Notes: generated from the sequence alone by a model not told the origin. Positions 1 through 11,463 are shown, counted from the first letter of the stretch. The stretch: 64,000 nt of DNA from Bdellovibrionota bacterium (GCA_041740355.1 JBGSMD010000030.1:64001-128000), one strand, 5' to 3'. Program-made: numbers and translations.

Positions 1-2733
1 CCCACAAGCAATTATGTTGATGCGGTTAATGGAGAAGTAACTCTTAGTTGGTCAGTGGTGGATGATGCCATTGGTTATTTAGTAAGAGTTGATGAAATTA
101 GTAATGATACTCGAACTAGAGTTTTTAATTCAGATAATTATTTGGAGACATCTTACAACTTAGATGTTGATTATAATAAGACATATGAATTTTGGGTTCA
201 TTCTAAGGCTAGTAATTTTGATATTAATAACGAGGATACATATAGTGAAAAAGCAGTAAGAGTATTTACTGTTAATAAGCAAGTAGCTACGCCTAAACCT
301 TCTCCAACTGCGACACCTAGTCCTACCCCAAAAGTGACGCCATCACCGACTAGTACTCCAAGACCAACTGCGACACCTAGTTCTACTCCAAAAGTGACGC
401 CATCGCCGACTACTACTCCAAGACCAACTGCGACACCTAGTCCTACTCCAAAAGTGACGCCATCACCAACTAGTACTCCTAGACCAACTGCAACTCCCGC
501 ACGATTTACAGATCCAATTATTTCACCACCTATTAGTAGAAATGTTGTTGCAATAAACAATCAGGTCGAGGTTCGTTGGAATCCAGTGACAGATTCAGAC
601 GGCTATTTACTAAGGGTAGATAAGATCGTTAATAATACGCGAACTCGAATATTTACTTCTGAAAATTATGCTTTTACCTCATATCCAGTATCGGTTCAAA
701 ATAATACAACATATGATTTATGGGTACATTCCAAAACAGCAAATTTTGATTACAATAACCTGGCTTCTTATAGCGAAGCAGTGCATGTAATTTTTACGGT
801 AACAGGTTCAACCTCTACACCATCTCCATCACCGACGAGTACTCTAGCGCCACCAGCGACTCCAGTTAACAATTGCATTGGTGAATCAACTCAAAGTTGC
901 ACGATTACAAATGGCACTGGATTAAAAACTAGAAGTTGTGCAGCAAATAATAATTGGTCAGATTGGTCTACTTGTTCAGTTGTTAGCTGTAATAGTGGCT
1001 ATGCTTCGAATGGAACAGCTTGTAATGCGACTGGCAGTGTTACAATGAATGTTGGTGCCCCACAGCTATTATTAAGTAATTTTAATACAAGTCACTTCTC
1101 TGACATGTCTTCACCAACTCTAAGAAAGTCAGCTACTGAGTTTTATACTTGGACTGGAAACGGAGATTATTCATTTAAAAAATTTAGTGGAACTTTAGCT
1201 AATCCATTTCAGACACAAATTTGGTCTGACACTAATAAACGTTGGGATTATACAGGAATTAAATTTGATTTAGGCGGTGTCACTCCAACTGGCCAGACTT
1301 ATTATCGGCCGTGGATGGCAAATGTTTATAAGCATCCAGATGGAACTTTAATTGGGTTTGTACATATCGAAACTGCAGTTTACGATGATAAAGCTAGATG
1401 TCGCTATAGACAAGGAATCGCAATTTCAACAAATGGCGGTGATAACTGGAAATATGTTGGAGATGTTCTTAAGCCACAGTTCGATGGATTCTCAAATTTA
1501 GGTGGTACGCCGTTGTTAATAGTTGGGGATTACTTTTATCAATACTTTAATGAAGTACCAAATGGTAGTCCAAGGATTCCAGCTGTTGCTCGTGCTAAAA
1601 TTACTGAAGTAGTAAATGCAGCTAAGTTAGGTACTGTTAGTCCTTGGAAAAAATATAATAATGGCAATTGGAATCAAGATGGTTTGACAGGAGTCGCATC
1701 TAATATTACTCCTTACCCAGATAGGTATGATATGCATACGGATGCTGTATATAGTGCGGCACTTGGAAAATATTTGCTTGTTGCCTGGGAACAGGTTGGG
1801 TATGAATATGCTGATAATCCAGCCAAAGGAAGAAAATTTGGGGAAATTTATCCTGATAATAGAGGACTTTATATTTATACATCGACTGATGGTGTCAATT
1901 GGGGAAACCGAGTTAAAGCCTATACTCCAGTTAATGCCAAAGAAGAAAATCCTTATCCATTTTTTGGTGGACTAGAAGCTGGATCTTCAGATGATTTTAA
2001 TGTGTTGGGTGGTAATTTCTTTTTATATTTTCCGGATCGAATTAATCATAAATTTTTCCGAATTCCGATCACTTTTTCAGGAGTAAGTTCAAGTAAAGCA
2101 CCAAGTACCGTCAAAAAAATTATGCCCTTAGGTGATTCTATTACCTATGGGACTTTTCCTGGAGGTTACCGTAAGGATCTTGCAAATTACTTATCAACTA
2201 ATGGAATAAATTTTGACTATGTTGGAGCGTCACAATTAAATCCTGCTAACGGAGTTGACCCAGATCATAATGGTTACCCAGGGTATCGTACGGATCAAAT
2301 ACTGTCTAAATTGCCAAGTTGGTTAGCTCTAAATCCCGAAATGGTTCTCCTACATTTAGGAACAAATGACTTAATGCAGGGAAAAACGACTAGCTTTGCA
2401 ATCAATAATCTAAAATCGATTATTAATTTAATAACGACCAATGCTCCACATCGAAGAGTATATGTGGCAACGATAGTTCCAATAATTAATGCTGGGGATC
2501 GAACACCCGCACCTGGGGTTGTCGAAAGTTACAATGCGCAGATACGTAATTTAGTTCAAACTTCTGTGAATGAGGGTCGTAAGGTAACACTTGTCGATAT
2601 GAATAATTCTGCAATCTTTCCAGTTAATCCCATTATGAATGCCGCTCAGCCCGGAGATGGAATTCATCCGGGTCAACAAGGATATACGGAAATGGCTAAG
2701 TTATGGATGGCTGCAATTCGAAGTTATCTATAA
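1..2733 (+). CDS. 5'-truncated modular extracellular protein: FN3-like domains, Pro/Thr linker, Cys-rich module, beta-propeller glycoside-hydrolase-like domain, C-terminal SGNH esterase
   Basis: Frame is open from base 1 ([20 protein letters not shown]...), so the start lies upstream. Two similar W...GYL.RVD...Y..WVHSK units; BNR-like STNGGDNW and STDGVNW; SGNH blocks GDSIT, LGTND, DGIHP. Confidence 0.8.
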   Translation, partial: PTSNYVDAVNGEVTLSWSVVDDAIGYLVRVDEISNDTRTRVFNSDNYLETSYNLDVDYNKTYEFWVHSKASNFDINNEDTYSEKAVRVFTVNKQVATPKPSPTATPSPTPKVTPSPTSTPRPTATPSSTPKVTPSPTTTPRPTATPSPTPKVTPSPTSTPRPTATPARFTDPIISPPISRNVVAINNQVEVRWNPVTDSDGYLLRVDKIVNNTRTRIFTSENYAFTSYPVSVQNNTTYDLWVHSKTANFDYNNLASYSEAVHVIFTVTGSTSTPSPSPTSTLAPPATPVNNCIGESTQSCTITNGTGLKTRSCAANNNWSDWSTCSVVSCNSGYASNGTACNATGSVTMNVGAPQLLLSNFNTSHFSDMSSPTLRKSATEFYTWTGNGDYSFKKFSGTLANPFQTQIWSDTNKRWDYTGIKFDLGGVTPTGQTYYRPWMANVYKHPDGTLIGFVHIETAVYDDKARCRYRQGIAISTNGGDNWKYVGDVLKPQFDGFSNLGGTPLLIVGDYFYQYFNEVPNGSPRIPAVARAKITEVVNAAKLGTVSPWKKYNNGNWNQDGLTGVASNITPYPDRYDMHTDAVYSAALGKYLLVAWEQVGYEYADNPAKGRKFGEIYPDNRGLYIYTSTDGVNWGNRVKAYTPVNAKEENPYPFFGGLEAGSSDDFNVLGGNFFLYFPDRINHKFFRIPITFSGVSSSKAPSTVKKIMPLGDSITYGTFPGGYRKDLANYLSTNGINFDYVGASQLNPANGVDPDHNGYPGYRTDQILSKLPSWLALNPEMVLLHLGTNDLMQGKTTSFAINNLKSIINLITTNAPHRRVYVATIVPIINAGDRTPAPGVVESYNAQIRNLVQTSVNEGRKVTLVDMNNSAIFPVNPIMNAAQPGDGIHPGQQGYTEMAKLWMAAIRSYL
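304..498 (+). repeat. 60-bp coding tandem repeat (~3.2 copies) encoding [20 protein letters not shown]
   Basis: Near-identical 60-nt units start at 304, 364, 424 and 484 (partial). Confidence 0.95.
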
Positions 2734-2748
2734 TTTTATAAGAAGAAA

Positions 2749-3432
2749 CTATTCTTGGAGATTTTCAGTATTCCCAGAAAAATCTTTCAAAAGTCTAAAT
2801 CCTGTGCCAAAAATTCTTTTAATATATTCAGTTAGCTGCCCACGATTTCTTAATTTATCACCTTCATTTAGGCGGAGTGCAATAGCCTGTCTCAAATCAT
2901 TATTTTCTAGTTGGTCGGCTAGTCTATTTACCAAGGGGATCCCACTAGCCGAAATATAGTGAGGAAGATAATCTTTACAAAAGGCAAAGTTTCGCAGGCG
3001 TATTCCCTTTGCAACTTCTCTTAAATATTCTTGATTATTTAATAAAATTCTAACATCATAATCTGGGATTCTTTCTAACTGCTCGGCTAATGTTCTGAAG
3101 TTTCCAGAACCAAAAGTTTCTTCTGTTAATTTAATTAATTTTTGATCCTTTGAAAATATTCCATCCGTTGCTATCTCCCTAGTAAAGGGGAATAAGTTTG
3201 CCTCTCTAAGATTGCTCGCGATATTTAACAAAAGTTGTTCAGTTTTGGAACCTAATAATCTTATGGGAGTACTCTCACGGTGGAAGTCAATTTTTAGCGA
3301 GAGCTCCACAAGTTCGTGCGGACCTATCTCCAGATTGTTTAATTTAATTGGTGCAAAAACTTCCGAAGTTAAATCAAGTCTAATAAATTGCGGATACGAT
3401 TGATCCAACTGTTCTTCTAAATCGGGAAACAT
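2749..3432 (-). CDS. hypothetical protein
   Basis: 227-aa ORF with ATG start; no recognised motif. Confidence 0.6.
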   Translation of the reverse strand: MFPDLEEQLDQSYPQFIRLDLTSEVFAPIKLNNLEIGPHELVELSLKIDFHRESTPIRLLGSKTEQLLLNIASNLREANLFPFTREIATDGIFSKDQKLIKLTEETFGSGNFRTLAEQLERIPDYDVRILLNNQEYLREVAKGIRLRNFAFCKDYLPHYISASGIPLVNRLADQLENNDLRQAIALRLNEGDKLRNRGQLTEYIKRIFGTGFRLLKDFSGNTENLQE

Positions 3433-3656
3433 TATTGAGTGTATAAATTTTAACCGTGAAACTCTACCTAATAAATGTTCTTAGTCAATTTTGCTCGCTT
3501 TGTTGGATAATTATAAGAAATTATTGTTTTAAAAGAGAAGTTTTCTTATGACAGCAATGAATAAAACAAATAATTAAATTGAAAGGATTAAAAGATAGAA
3601 TCAAGATAGAAATGTTTTAAAGGTGAGAAATTTAACCTGCTTTTTTTTGTCTAGTT

Positions 3657-3708
3657 GCTTAGATAGTGCTGTTAGTTGGCATAATTCACTGAACAACAGT
3701 ATCTAAGC
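3657..3708. repeat. imperfect inverted repeat (miniature element remnant)
   Basis: GCTTAGATAGTGCTGTT ... AACAACAGTATCTAAGC. Confidence 0.55.
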
Positions 3709-3722
3709 TTCTTAGCGTTTTA

Positions 3723-3790
3723 TATAGTTATGACAAAAACTAATTTCCGAATATTTAAAAGTTAGTTTTGTGATTTTTGTCATAACCGTA
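3723..3790. repeat. Correia-like palindromic element (GTTATGAC subtype)
   Basis: GTTATGACAAAAA ... TTTTTGTCATAAC; close reverse complement of 58888-58953. Confidence 0.85.
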
Positions 3791-3813
3791 TGATTTTATA
3801 ACGCTTGCGGGGG

Positions 3814-3868
3814 ATAGTAAGCCCCAAAAAATAATTCCGAACGGAAATTACTTTTTGGACTTACTATA
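3814..3868. repeat. Correia-like palindromic element (AGTCCAA subtype)
   Basis: ATAGTAAGCCCCAAAAA ... TTTTTGGACTTACTATA; close reverse complement of 58835-58887. Confidence 0.85.
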
Positions 3869-3885
3869 TAATTTTAATTTAGGGA

Positions 3886-4455
3886 TTAGAAGCTAACTTT
3901 AGGAGCAACTTTTGCAGCAGCTGCTTCTCCTGCATCAAGCTCAAAGAATTCTTTAATAGTGAATCCACCAATTCCAGCAACAATATTATTAGGTACTTGC
4001 TGAACGCTAGTATTGTATTCACCGACTGAGTCATTATAATGCTGTCGGGCAAAACTTATTCTATTTTCTGTGGAAGTAATTTCTTCCTGAAGTTGAGCAA
4101 AATTTTGATTTGCTTTTAAATCTGGATAGCTTTCAGATACAGCAAAAAGTTGTCTCAAGGCTCCTGTTAATTGGTTTTCTGCAGCAGCTTTCTCGGCCAT
4201 ATTGGAAGAGCCTAGAGTTGAAGCAGCATTTCTCGCAGCAATAACTTTTTGTAATGTTTCTTGTTCGTGACTGGCATAACCCTTAACAGTTTCTACTAAG
4301 TTTGGAATTAAGTCATATCGGCGTTTCAATTGCACATCAATTTGTGACCAAGCATTTTCACAAGCAATTCTTTTTCTTACAAGCGTGTTGTAAATAGCCA
4401 TGAAACTGAGGACTAGCACAACTACTGCGGCAATAACTATTAAGACAATAGACAT
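3886..4455 (-). CDS. lemA: LemA family protein
   Basis: AWSQIDVQLKRRYDLIPNLVETVKGYA..E, ESYPDLKANQNF, ENRISFARQHYN; N-terminal TM helix. Confidence 0.97.
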   Translation of the reverse strand: MSIVLIVIAAVVVLVLSFMAIYNTLVRKRIACENAWSQIDVQLKRRYDLIPNLVETVKGYASHEQETLQKVIAARNAASTLGSSNMAEKAAAENQLTGALRQLFAVSESYPDLKANQNFAQLQEEITSTENRISFARQHYNDSVGEYNTSVQQVPNNIVAGIGGFTIKEFFELDAGEAAAAKVAPKVSF

Positions 4456-4973
4456 TAGTTTTCTCCTAAAACTTTGATTGTTACAGAATCTTCGGCTGTA
4501 AACTCTGGTTGATTAATATCAAATTCCCGACTGTTACTAATTAGCGGATCATCGACATCAGCATCAACTTCCAGTTGTCCACCTTTTAAATCATTTAATG
4601 CTCTCAATTGAACTTCTAGCGTTGCTTCATCGAAGTCTTCGAAGTTCTCAGAGGAAATAAAGAACACTAAATAGTTTTCTCCATCTGCTGTTTGATTGAA
4701 GTTGGGAGTGGCATCTTCAGGATCATCTTGAAAGTCAATTGTTGCGGAAGAAGGGACATACGATAGGCTATCTGGGTAGCGGATCTTAATTATTAAATCA
4801 TTAAGATTTGTGTCCGAGATCTTAATTTGTACCCGAAGCCGATCACCAGTATCAATAGTAGTTGGTGTCACCTCAAGTTGAACGTTTGCTGCACCGATAA
4901 AATCAGTGTCGTCGCTTCCACTACTACCGCAGGAAGATAGTAAGGCTATAAAAATTAGTAATAAATATTTCAT
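4455..4973 (-). CDS. acidic lipoprotein with probable beta-sandwich (cohesin/DUF11-like) domain
   Basis: Lipobox LSSC; YPDSLSYVPSS; stop overlaps the lemA start. Confidence 0.7.
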   Translation of the reverse strand: MKYLLLIFIALLSSCGSSGSDDTDFIGAANVQLEVTPTTIDTGDRLRVQIKISDTNLNDLIIKIRYPDSLSYVPSSATIDFQDDPEDATPNFNQTADGENYLVFFISSENFEDFDEATLEVQLRALNDLKGGQLEVDADVDDPLISNSREFDINQPEFTAEDSVTIKVLGEN

Positions 4974-5176
4974 TAATCTCAGATCTTAGAATTAAGCAAT
5001 ACATTACCTTTGAGAGTTTATTTTGACAACTATAATAGCACAAGAATTAGCTTATTTCGACTAAAATAACTTACAAAATATCAGACTTCGAGATTGAGTT
5101 TTAAGAAAAGCTGAGTGTTGGAGCGTAGATCCATCTTAGGTTGATCTCTTTAAGTCTTTTCGGTAACTTTCACCAG

Positions 5177-6949
5177 ATGAGTGAACCCAAAAAAATCCTA
5201 TTAGGCTTAAATATAGTCTGTGTCTTAGCAATGATCGCCTATTTGGTATTATTTGGTTACAGCCTTTCTCCATATTGGTTTCATCAAGACTGGGTTACCG
5301 ACGATAGCTTTCAGCAGATTTATCCCTTCCTAAAAGTTCATCAACCAGAATTATTTGCAGGAGATTTAATCACTGATGTGATGGAAGGATATTTAGCCCC
5401 GGCGCATTATTGGCTAGCCTACGGAATCACTTATTTAACAGGCAGTCCAATTATGATGAGTCATTGGATGATGCTGCTTCAAGTAGGATTAAGCGTTACC
5501 TTTTTATTTTGCTTTGTAAAAAAAATTGCTGATTTGCCTTCAGCCTGCCTAGCTACTATTTGGTTTGTAAATACTAGAACTTTAATACAGCGAATGACGG
5601 GAGGGTTGCCCCGTGGTTGGGCTCCAGTAATAATTTGTGGATTTTTATATTTTTTAAGTCGCCGCAATCATTACGCCGTACTTGTACTCTTACTAATTGG
5701 TTGCTTACTTAATCCTCCCGCAACCATTGTCGTAGCACTGACCTATGGGATTTTCCTTTTTGTAAACTTATTCACTAAAGAGCGAGAGATTTTCATCAAG
5801 CCGTTTATAGTTTTATTATTACTTAGTCCTTTATATGTATTTGTGACTGCTCAAGTTGTAAAACGTCCAGAAAGTGTTGGGCAAATGGTGACTTACGAAC
5901 AAGCATTGAAATTGCCTGAGATGCAAAGACCAGATGGTCGTTTTCCATTTGCACCACTTTTAGATTTACCAACTGAATTAAAACTTTATGCCTTTGATGC
6001 TTTTAAGCATCGATTATCAAACGGATTTGCTTGGCAGCGAGAGTATTGGATCGGAAGCGTAAAGTTTTTTAAAGATAATGGAGCATTTTTCTTTCTGCAA
6101 ATTTTCAATTTAATATTAATAATTGCACTTATTAAAAGAAAATCAGCAGTAGGCTTAGAATTATTATGTTATTTTTCTGGGATAGTTATAGTTTATCTAT
6201 TGTCACGATTACTAGCTTTTAATCTTTATGTACCAGATCGGCATTTATTAATTCCACTGGGTATATTTTGGATTACTGCCTTTAGCAGTCTCATTACGAG
6301 AACATTTGCAAAGCAAATAGGGGATACCTTTCAACAAACTAAAACTTCACTTTGTTTGTTGATACTATTAGGATTTCTAATTGCGCTTAGCAATGGTCAT
6401 GGAATGTATGGAACTGCAAACTTTAATTATTCTTTGTATAAAAAGGGCAAAGTCTTCTCCTGGATTCGAAAGAACACTCGCCCAGAAGTTTTAATCGCAG
6501 GGCATCCACAGCATCTTGATGCTTTAATGTTATTTGGAGAAAGAAAAGGGTACATTACCTATGAAACCTCGCACCCTTTTTACTCAAAGTATTTTACTGA
6601 ATGTTTAAGGAGAAATGAAATTAGTCTTAATGCTCATTATGCTAAGACGCTTCAAGAAGTTTATGATCTGCTAGCTCCTGAAAAAATTGATTATTTTGTT
6701 TTTGATCGCAAACGTTTTTATCCTGAGAAGTTGGCAAATGAGAAATATTTTGCACCATTAAATCTTATGGTTAAGGAATTAACTTCTCGGGACTATCAAG
6801 ACTATGCCTTTAAAAAGATCCCTCGTGAAGTTAATGCTGCTCAGTTTCCTTATTTAGTGTTTAGAGATGATTTTTCAGTGATGATTGATGTTGCTAAGCT
6901 TGGTCAGTATTTAAAAACTATTCAATTAGAGCAGAATGCTAAGATTTAA
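5177..6949 (+). CDS. polytopic membrane protein, probable GT-C fold glycosyltransferase
   Basis: Many TM segments, acidic DD pair after TM1, PDRHL motif, C-terminal WIRKNT...IDYFV soluble domain. ATG at 5177 preferred over TTG 5141. Confidence 0.6.
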   Translation: MSEPKKILLGLNIVCVLAMIAYLVLFGYSLSPYWFHQDWVTDDSFQQIYPFLKVHQPELFAGDLITDVMEGYLAPAHYWLAYGITYLTGSPIMMSHWMMLLQVGLSVTFLFCFVKKIADLPSACLATIWFVNTRTLIQRMTGGLPRGWAPVIICGFLYFLSRRNHYAVLVLLLIGCLLNPPATIVVALTYGIFLFVNLFTKEREIFIKPFIVLLLLSPLYVFVTAQVVKRPESVGQMVTYEQALKLPEMQRPDGRFPFAPLLDLPTELKLYAFDAFKHRLSNGFAWQREYWIGSVKFFKDNGAFFFLQIFNLILIIALIKRKSAVGLELLCYFSGIVIVYLLSRLLAFNLYVPDRHLLIPLGIFWITAFSSLITRTFAKQIGDTFQQTKTSLCLLILLGFLIALSNGHGMYGTANFNYSLYKKGKVFSWIRKNTRPEVLIAGHPQHLDALMLFGERKGYITYETSHPFYSKYFTECLRRNEISLNAHYAKTLQEVYDLLAPEKIDYFVFDRKRFYPEKLANEKYFAPLNLMVKELTSRDYQDYAFKKIPREVNAAQFPYLVFRDDFSVMIDVAKLGQYLKTIQLEQNAKI

Positions 6950-9197
6950 TTTGCTACAATTTATTGTGATCTTTTTGATTGCTAGCCTTGTGGCATTTAT
7001 GGCTTTGGGTACGGCCTACCCCAAGATATATTCACCTTTAGATCCGCAAGGTGCCTTTTCTAAGATTGATTACGATCGCTGGATTATTGATGGGGCTGAA
7101 ATTCGCTTTAATAATCTTTTAGCTAGGGGAAATCGTATTACTTTTCATTTCAGTGAATGGCACCCGGAGAATTTACCCAAGCCTCAAGTTCAGGTTTTTG
7201 TTTGTGATCAGCTAGCTAGTCAATTTGAAGTGACCCCGGGACTTAAGCAAGATGTTTTCTTAAAGGGTTCCTGTGAGCCAAGAGTGATTAGACTTCAAAG
7301 TAGTAATGCTTTTGTAGCAAGTGCGAGCGACCTTCGACCATTAATTGCTAAATTAGATTATCTTGAACTTAAGGGGAAAGGCGGATTGGTATATTCCAGT
7401 TTAGTAAAAACTATTCAATTAGCTAGTTTTGTTTTTTTAATTGCGATCTTGGCGATTGCTATTGTTCCTGGATTCCTTGGCTGGCTCTTGGCGTTAGTAG
7501 TAATCCTTGGGTCATATCTACTAATCTGTAAATATTATTTTCTAAACTTACAAGTCTTAGGGAACTTCTATTTTTGCTTAGGATTATTTTTTATTGGACT
7601 ACTAGTTGCTAAGTTAAACTTGCGGACAAGTTTGCAGTTCCCATATTTCCCAAGATTAACAACTAATAGTTTTTTATTAATTACTGCTGCTTTTATTTTG
7701 GGGGCAGTTCTTCGTTTCTATGACATCGATTTTGGTTTGCCTGCTAACTTTCACCCAGATGAAGTCCCTAAGTATAATGCGATTGAGCGGATGCGCTACC
7801 ATGATGATTTTAATCCCAGGTATTTTTTACACCCAACACTCTTATTATATAGCGCCTATTTCTTTAATGTAATCTTACGTTTTTTTACTAATCCGGAAAT
7901 TCCTTGGATGGAGACGCTGATCTTAGCGGGTAGAATGATGAGTGCGACTGCAGGCAGTTTAAGCATTATTTTAACTGCTTTAATTGCTTGTAAATTATTT
8001 AACAAATCAGCGGGAGTAATTAGTGCTTTTTTAATTGCTGTTTTCCCTTTGCATGTAACTTGTTCACGCTATCTAAAAGAAGATGCACTATTAGTTTTTT
8101 TTATTCTTTTAGCTGTTTATTTTGTAGTTCGAAGTATTCAGGAAGATAGAGCAGGCGGATTATTACTTGCCGGATTAGCTGCTGGTTTTAGCGCCTCAGT
8201 AAAATACACCGGCATAGTCTCCGTAATGATCTTAGTCGGAGCTCCATTTTTACGATCTGAAACATTAATACCTAATAAACATTTTTTGAAATGGACTGTT
8301 CGAGCAATCTTTATTTTACCATTAGGCTTTTTGTTGGCCTCGCCTTATACCTTGCTAGATTTAGGAAAATTCCTTCAAGACTTTAATTATGAACGTAGCC
8401 ATATGGCTACTGGGCATGATGGATTAATTACAGCCGGATCTCAAATATGGACTTATCATTTAATGAGAAGCCTTTGGAATGGGATGGAGCCTTTAACATT
8501 AGCATTCGGAGTTATTTCACTAGGATATTTACTTTACCAAAAGAAAATCAAGTATTGGTATCTGATTGCGCTGTTTTTGCTTTATTATATTCCAGCGGAG
8601 TATGTTAAGGCGAAGCCAGCACCACAGCCAGAGCGTTATGTTATGCCTTGTTTGCCATTTATCGCGATTGCTATAGGAGTAATGTTTAGTGAGTTAATTA
8701 AGACTTCGAGTTCACAATTTCGAAAGATTTTCTTGATTCTTTTACTAGCAGTGGCGCTACTTTTCCCTAGCATTCGGTCGATGCGCTTAGCGCAAGATTT
8801 AAAACCAGATACGCGCGATCTAATGGCGGTCTGGATTGAACAAAATGTATCCAAAGGAAGTAAACTCTTAATCGATTTGCCTGCCTATCAAGCGCAATTA
8901 GCTAAGGATCATTTCCAGGTTACTGAATTAACTAGAAATTCCATTTTAGAAGAATTAAGTCCTGAATCACTTCGTGCCACTAATGCTGATTATTTATTAT
9001 TATCTAGTTTGTTCTACGATCGTTACTTTTCTCAGCCTGGTATCTCGCCTCATCTCAGAAGTATTATTCGCAACGTCTTTAATACTTTTCCTGTTGTGAA
9101 GGAATTTGAAGCTAAGTCTGGTACCTATGGATTTAATAATCCTAAGTTAACTTTATTAAAGCTTTCTCCAAAGGAACCAACTAATTTAAAAAATTAG
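6936..9197 (+). CDS. ArnT/PMT-family (GT-C) glycosyltransferase
   Basis: LRFYDIDFGLP..FHPDE, LILAGRMMSA, SVKYTG, ERYVMP.LPF. Confidence 0.85.
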   Translation: MLRFNLLQFIVIFLIASLVAFMALGTAYPKIYSPLDPQGAFSKIDYDRWIIDGAEIRFNNLLARGNRITFHFSEWHPENLPKPQVQVFVCDQLASQFEVTPGLKQDVFLKGSCEPRVIRLQSSNAFVASASDLRPLIAKLDYLELKGKGGLVYSSLVKTIQLASFVFLIAILAIAIVPGFLGWLLALVVILGSYLLICKYYFLNLQVLGNFYFCLGLFFIGLLVAKLNLRTSLQFPYFPRLTTNSFLLITAAFILGAVLRFYDIDFGLPANFHPDEVPKYNAIERMRYHDDFNPRYFLHPTLLLYSAYFFNVILRFFTNPEIPWMETLILAGRMMSATAGSLSIILTALIACKLFNKSAGVISAFLIAVFPLHVTCSRYLKEDALLVFFILLAVYFVVRSIQEDRAGGLLLAGLAAGFSASVKYTGIVSVMILVGAPFLRSETLIPNKHFLKWTVRAIFILPLGFLLASPYTLLDLGKFLQDFNYERSHMATGHDGLITAGSQIWTYHLMRSLWNGMEPLTLAFGVISLGYLLYQKKIKYWYLIALFLLYYIPAEYVKAKPAPQPERYVMPCLPFIAIAIGVMFSELIKTSSSQFRKIFLILLLAVALLFPSIRSMRLAQDLKPDTRDLMAVWIEQNVSKGSKLLIDLPAYQAQLAKDHFQVTELTRNSILEELSPESLRATNADYLLLSSLFYDRYFSQPGISPHLRSIIRNVFNTFPVVKEFEAKSGTYGFNNPKLTLLKLSPKEPTNLKN

Positions 9198-9216
9198 GTT
9201 ACGTGAAAAGTTATTT

Positions 9217-11463
9217 TTAAAGATTCTTAAAATTTGGATTATCAATTCTGACTGCTAAGGTAGTGTTGCGGCGTTTGGCTAATGTCCTTTGGCAAGCAAT
9301 TTGTAAGGCCCGCTTACTACCAACAATAATTAATAATTTTTTTGCACGAGTCATTGCTGTGTAGAGTAGTTGTCGATCTAGTAGAATAAATTGTGATTCA
9401 TGTAAGACAATAATTACACATGGTATTTCAGAACCTTGTGAGCGATGGATCGTCATCGCGTAAGAAAGAGAGATTTGAGAAAGATCGCTTTTTTGATAAC
9501 GTACATGACGTCCATCCCAAAGTTCGATAATTGCTTCACCTGTTTGAGAATTGAGATCTTTAATTACACCTTGGTCACCATTAAAAACACCTTCTGGGTC
9601 AATTTGATAATTATTAACTCTTTGGCAAATACGATCACCAATCGCATAATATTGTTCACCAAGTTGAAGTCTAGCTTTATTTTCTGGAGGATTAATTCGC
9701 GCTTGAAGTTTCTGATTTAAGATTTCTGAACCAACCGGTCCTCTATTTGTGGCAGTAAGTAGCATGATTTGATCATTATTTATTCCAAATTTTTGAGGAA
9801 TTTGTTCAGCATAAAGGCTTTCCACTAAATTGGTGATTTCATGAGTTTCACGACGAGGAATTAAATAAACATCACTAGTTGTGTTGCCATCCGGAACTGG
9901 GATTTCTGGAAGTATTCCTGAATTTACTTGATGAGCAAATTCGACTATTGCTGATTTATTAGACTGACGAAAAATCTGATTCAAAACTATTCGAGGGGTA
10001 AGATCACTAGCGAGAATATCAGCCAGAACTTTTCCAGCACCAACCGAAGGTAATTGATCCTGATCCCCTACGATAATTAATTTTGTATCCTGATTTATGG
10101 CACTAAATAGATCTCGGGCTAGCAAGAGATCAATCATTGAAGCCTCGTCAATGATTAACAAATCTAACTGTTGCTCGTTCTCTAAATCTTCTTCCGTAAA
10201 CCTAATTGGATTGGCCAGATTATGTACAAAGGATTTTTTGATTGGATCAAAGCCGAGTAAGCGATGAATTGTGCTAGCAGGAATTTGGCACACTTCGCTG
10301 AGTCTTTGAGCAGCTTTACCCGTTGGGGCAGCAAGTTTGATTGTTTTATTAGCATTTTGAAAAATTTCTACGATCGAACGAACTAATGTTGTTTTACCAC
10401 AGCCTGGACCACCAGTAATAACTAAAAGATTTTGTTTGGCAGCTATATGTAATGCGTTAACCTGTTGTTCGCTTAAAGTAATTTGCTTCTTTTGAAGATT
10501 TTTTTCCAAAACGGCCGGTAGGAGTTCTGAAATATCTAATTTTAAATTCGATAAAACTGCTTTTTGCTGAATAAACTTGGCTAGATAAACTTCCGCATCA
10601 TAAATATTTTTTAAGTAGATTTTTTGATCTTCAACAATCACTTTATGATCAAAGACTAATTGTTCAATACTGGTAGTTAAGTCTTCAATCTCTTCAATTT
10701 TCAAAAGATATTTAGTGCGTTCATAGAGTTGATCTAATTCTAGAAAACAATGTCCATCATCTTGTAATTTAACCAGAGTAAAATAAATTCCTGCTTGGAT
10801 GCGAAGTGGACTGTGTAGATCCATGCCAGTATTTAGGGCAATTTGATCGGCACGATTAAATCCAAAGCCAGGTAAGTCTAAAGCAAGTTTATAAGGATTT
10901 GTTTTAATTACATCTAAGGCTTGTTCTTGATAGGTTTCAATAATTTTTTGAATTTGAAAATTACTTAGGCCTAATTCCATTAAGTAGCGACGCAACTCGA
11001 GGTGTTGGTTATGTTTGCCAAAAGTTTCTTGGATATCTTGAATGGTCTTTGGACCGATTCCCACCACTTCATTTAATCGAGATGGTTGTTGTTGGATAAT
11101 CTTGTAACTATCATCTCCAAAACGTTGATAAATATCTCCCGCTTTTTTTTCTCCAATTCCCGGAAATAAGCCGCTACTTAGAAAGTTAATCATACTTTCT
11201 TTACCTGACGGTGCTACTTGCTCCCAGAAAGCAACTTTAAACTGGCGGCCAAATTTAGGATGTTTAGCATATTGTCCACGAAGTAAAAGTTCTAATCCTG
11301 GGACTGTTGGGAGAGAATTTCCCACGACCGTTAAGGTCATTGGTGAATCAGCCGTTTCAAATTCCAAGATTGTAAAACCAGAAGTTGAATTACTAAAAGA
11401 TACTTTATTGATTTTGCCACGAATCAAAGTATTATTATTGGAGTTAAAAGAATTGTCGTTCAT
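9217..11463 (-). CDS. recD2: ATP-dependent RecD-like DNA helicase RecD2
   Basis: HPKFGRQF N-terminus, HhH region, GGPGCGKTT, DEASM, GDQDQLPSVG, YAMTIHRSQGSE. Confidence 0.96.
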   Translation of the reverse strand: MNDNSFNSNNNTLIRGKINKVSFSNSTSGFTILEFETADSPMTLTVVGNSLPTVPGLELLLRGQYAKHPKFGRQFKVAFWEQVAPSGKESMINFLSSGLFPGIGEKKAGDIYQRFGDDSYKIIQQQPSRLNEVVGIGPKTIQDIQETFGKHNQHLELRRYLMELGLSNFQIQKIIETYQEQALDVIKTNPYKLALDLPGFGFNRADQIALNTGMDLHSPLRIQAGIYFTLVKLQDDGHCFLELDQLYERTKYLLKIEEIEDLTTSIEQLVFDHKVIVEDQKIYLKNIYDAEVYLAKFIQQKAVLSNLKLDISELLPAVLEKNLQKKQITLSEQQVNALHIAAKQNLLVITGGPGCGKTTLVRSIVEIFQNANKTIKLAAPTGKAAQRLSEVCQIPASTIHRLLGFDPIKKSFVHNLANPIRFTEEDLENEQQLDLLIIDEASMIDLLLARDLFSAINQDTKLIIVGDQDQLPSVGAGKVLADILASDLTPRIVLNQIFRQSNKSAIVEFAHQVNSGILPEIPVPDGNTTSDVYLIPRRETHEITNLVESLYAEQIPQKFGINNDQIMLLTATNRGPVGSEILNQKLQARINPPENKARLQLGEQYYAIGDRICQRVNNYQIDPEGVFNGDQGVIKDLNSQTGEAIIELWDGRHVRYQKSDLSQISLSYAMTIHRSQGSEIPCVIIVLHESQFILLDRQLLYTAMTRAKKLLIIVGSKRALQIACQRTLAKRRNTTLAVRIDNPNFKNL

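Noticed and set aside
304-498. CRISPR-like periodicity
   Set aside because: Contiguous coding repeats with no unique spacers; no cas genes in the window.
198-560. Antisense Gly/Val-rich ORF and the many other short nested ORFs in the track
   Set aside because: They are shadows of well-supported genes on the opposite strand or in another frame.
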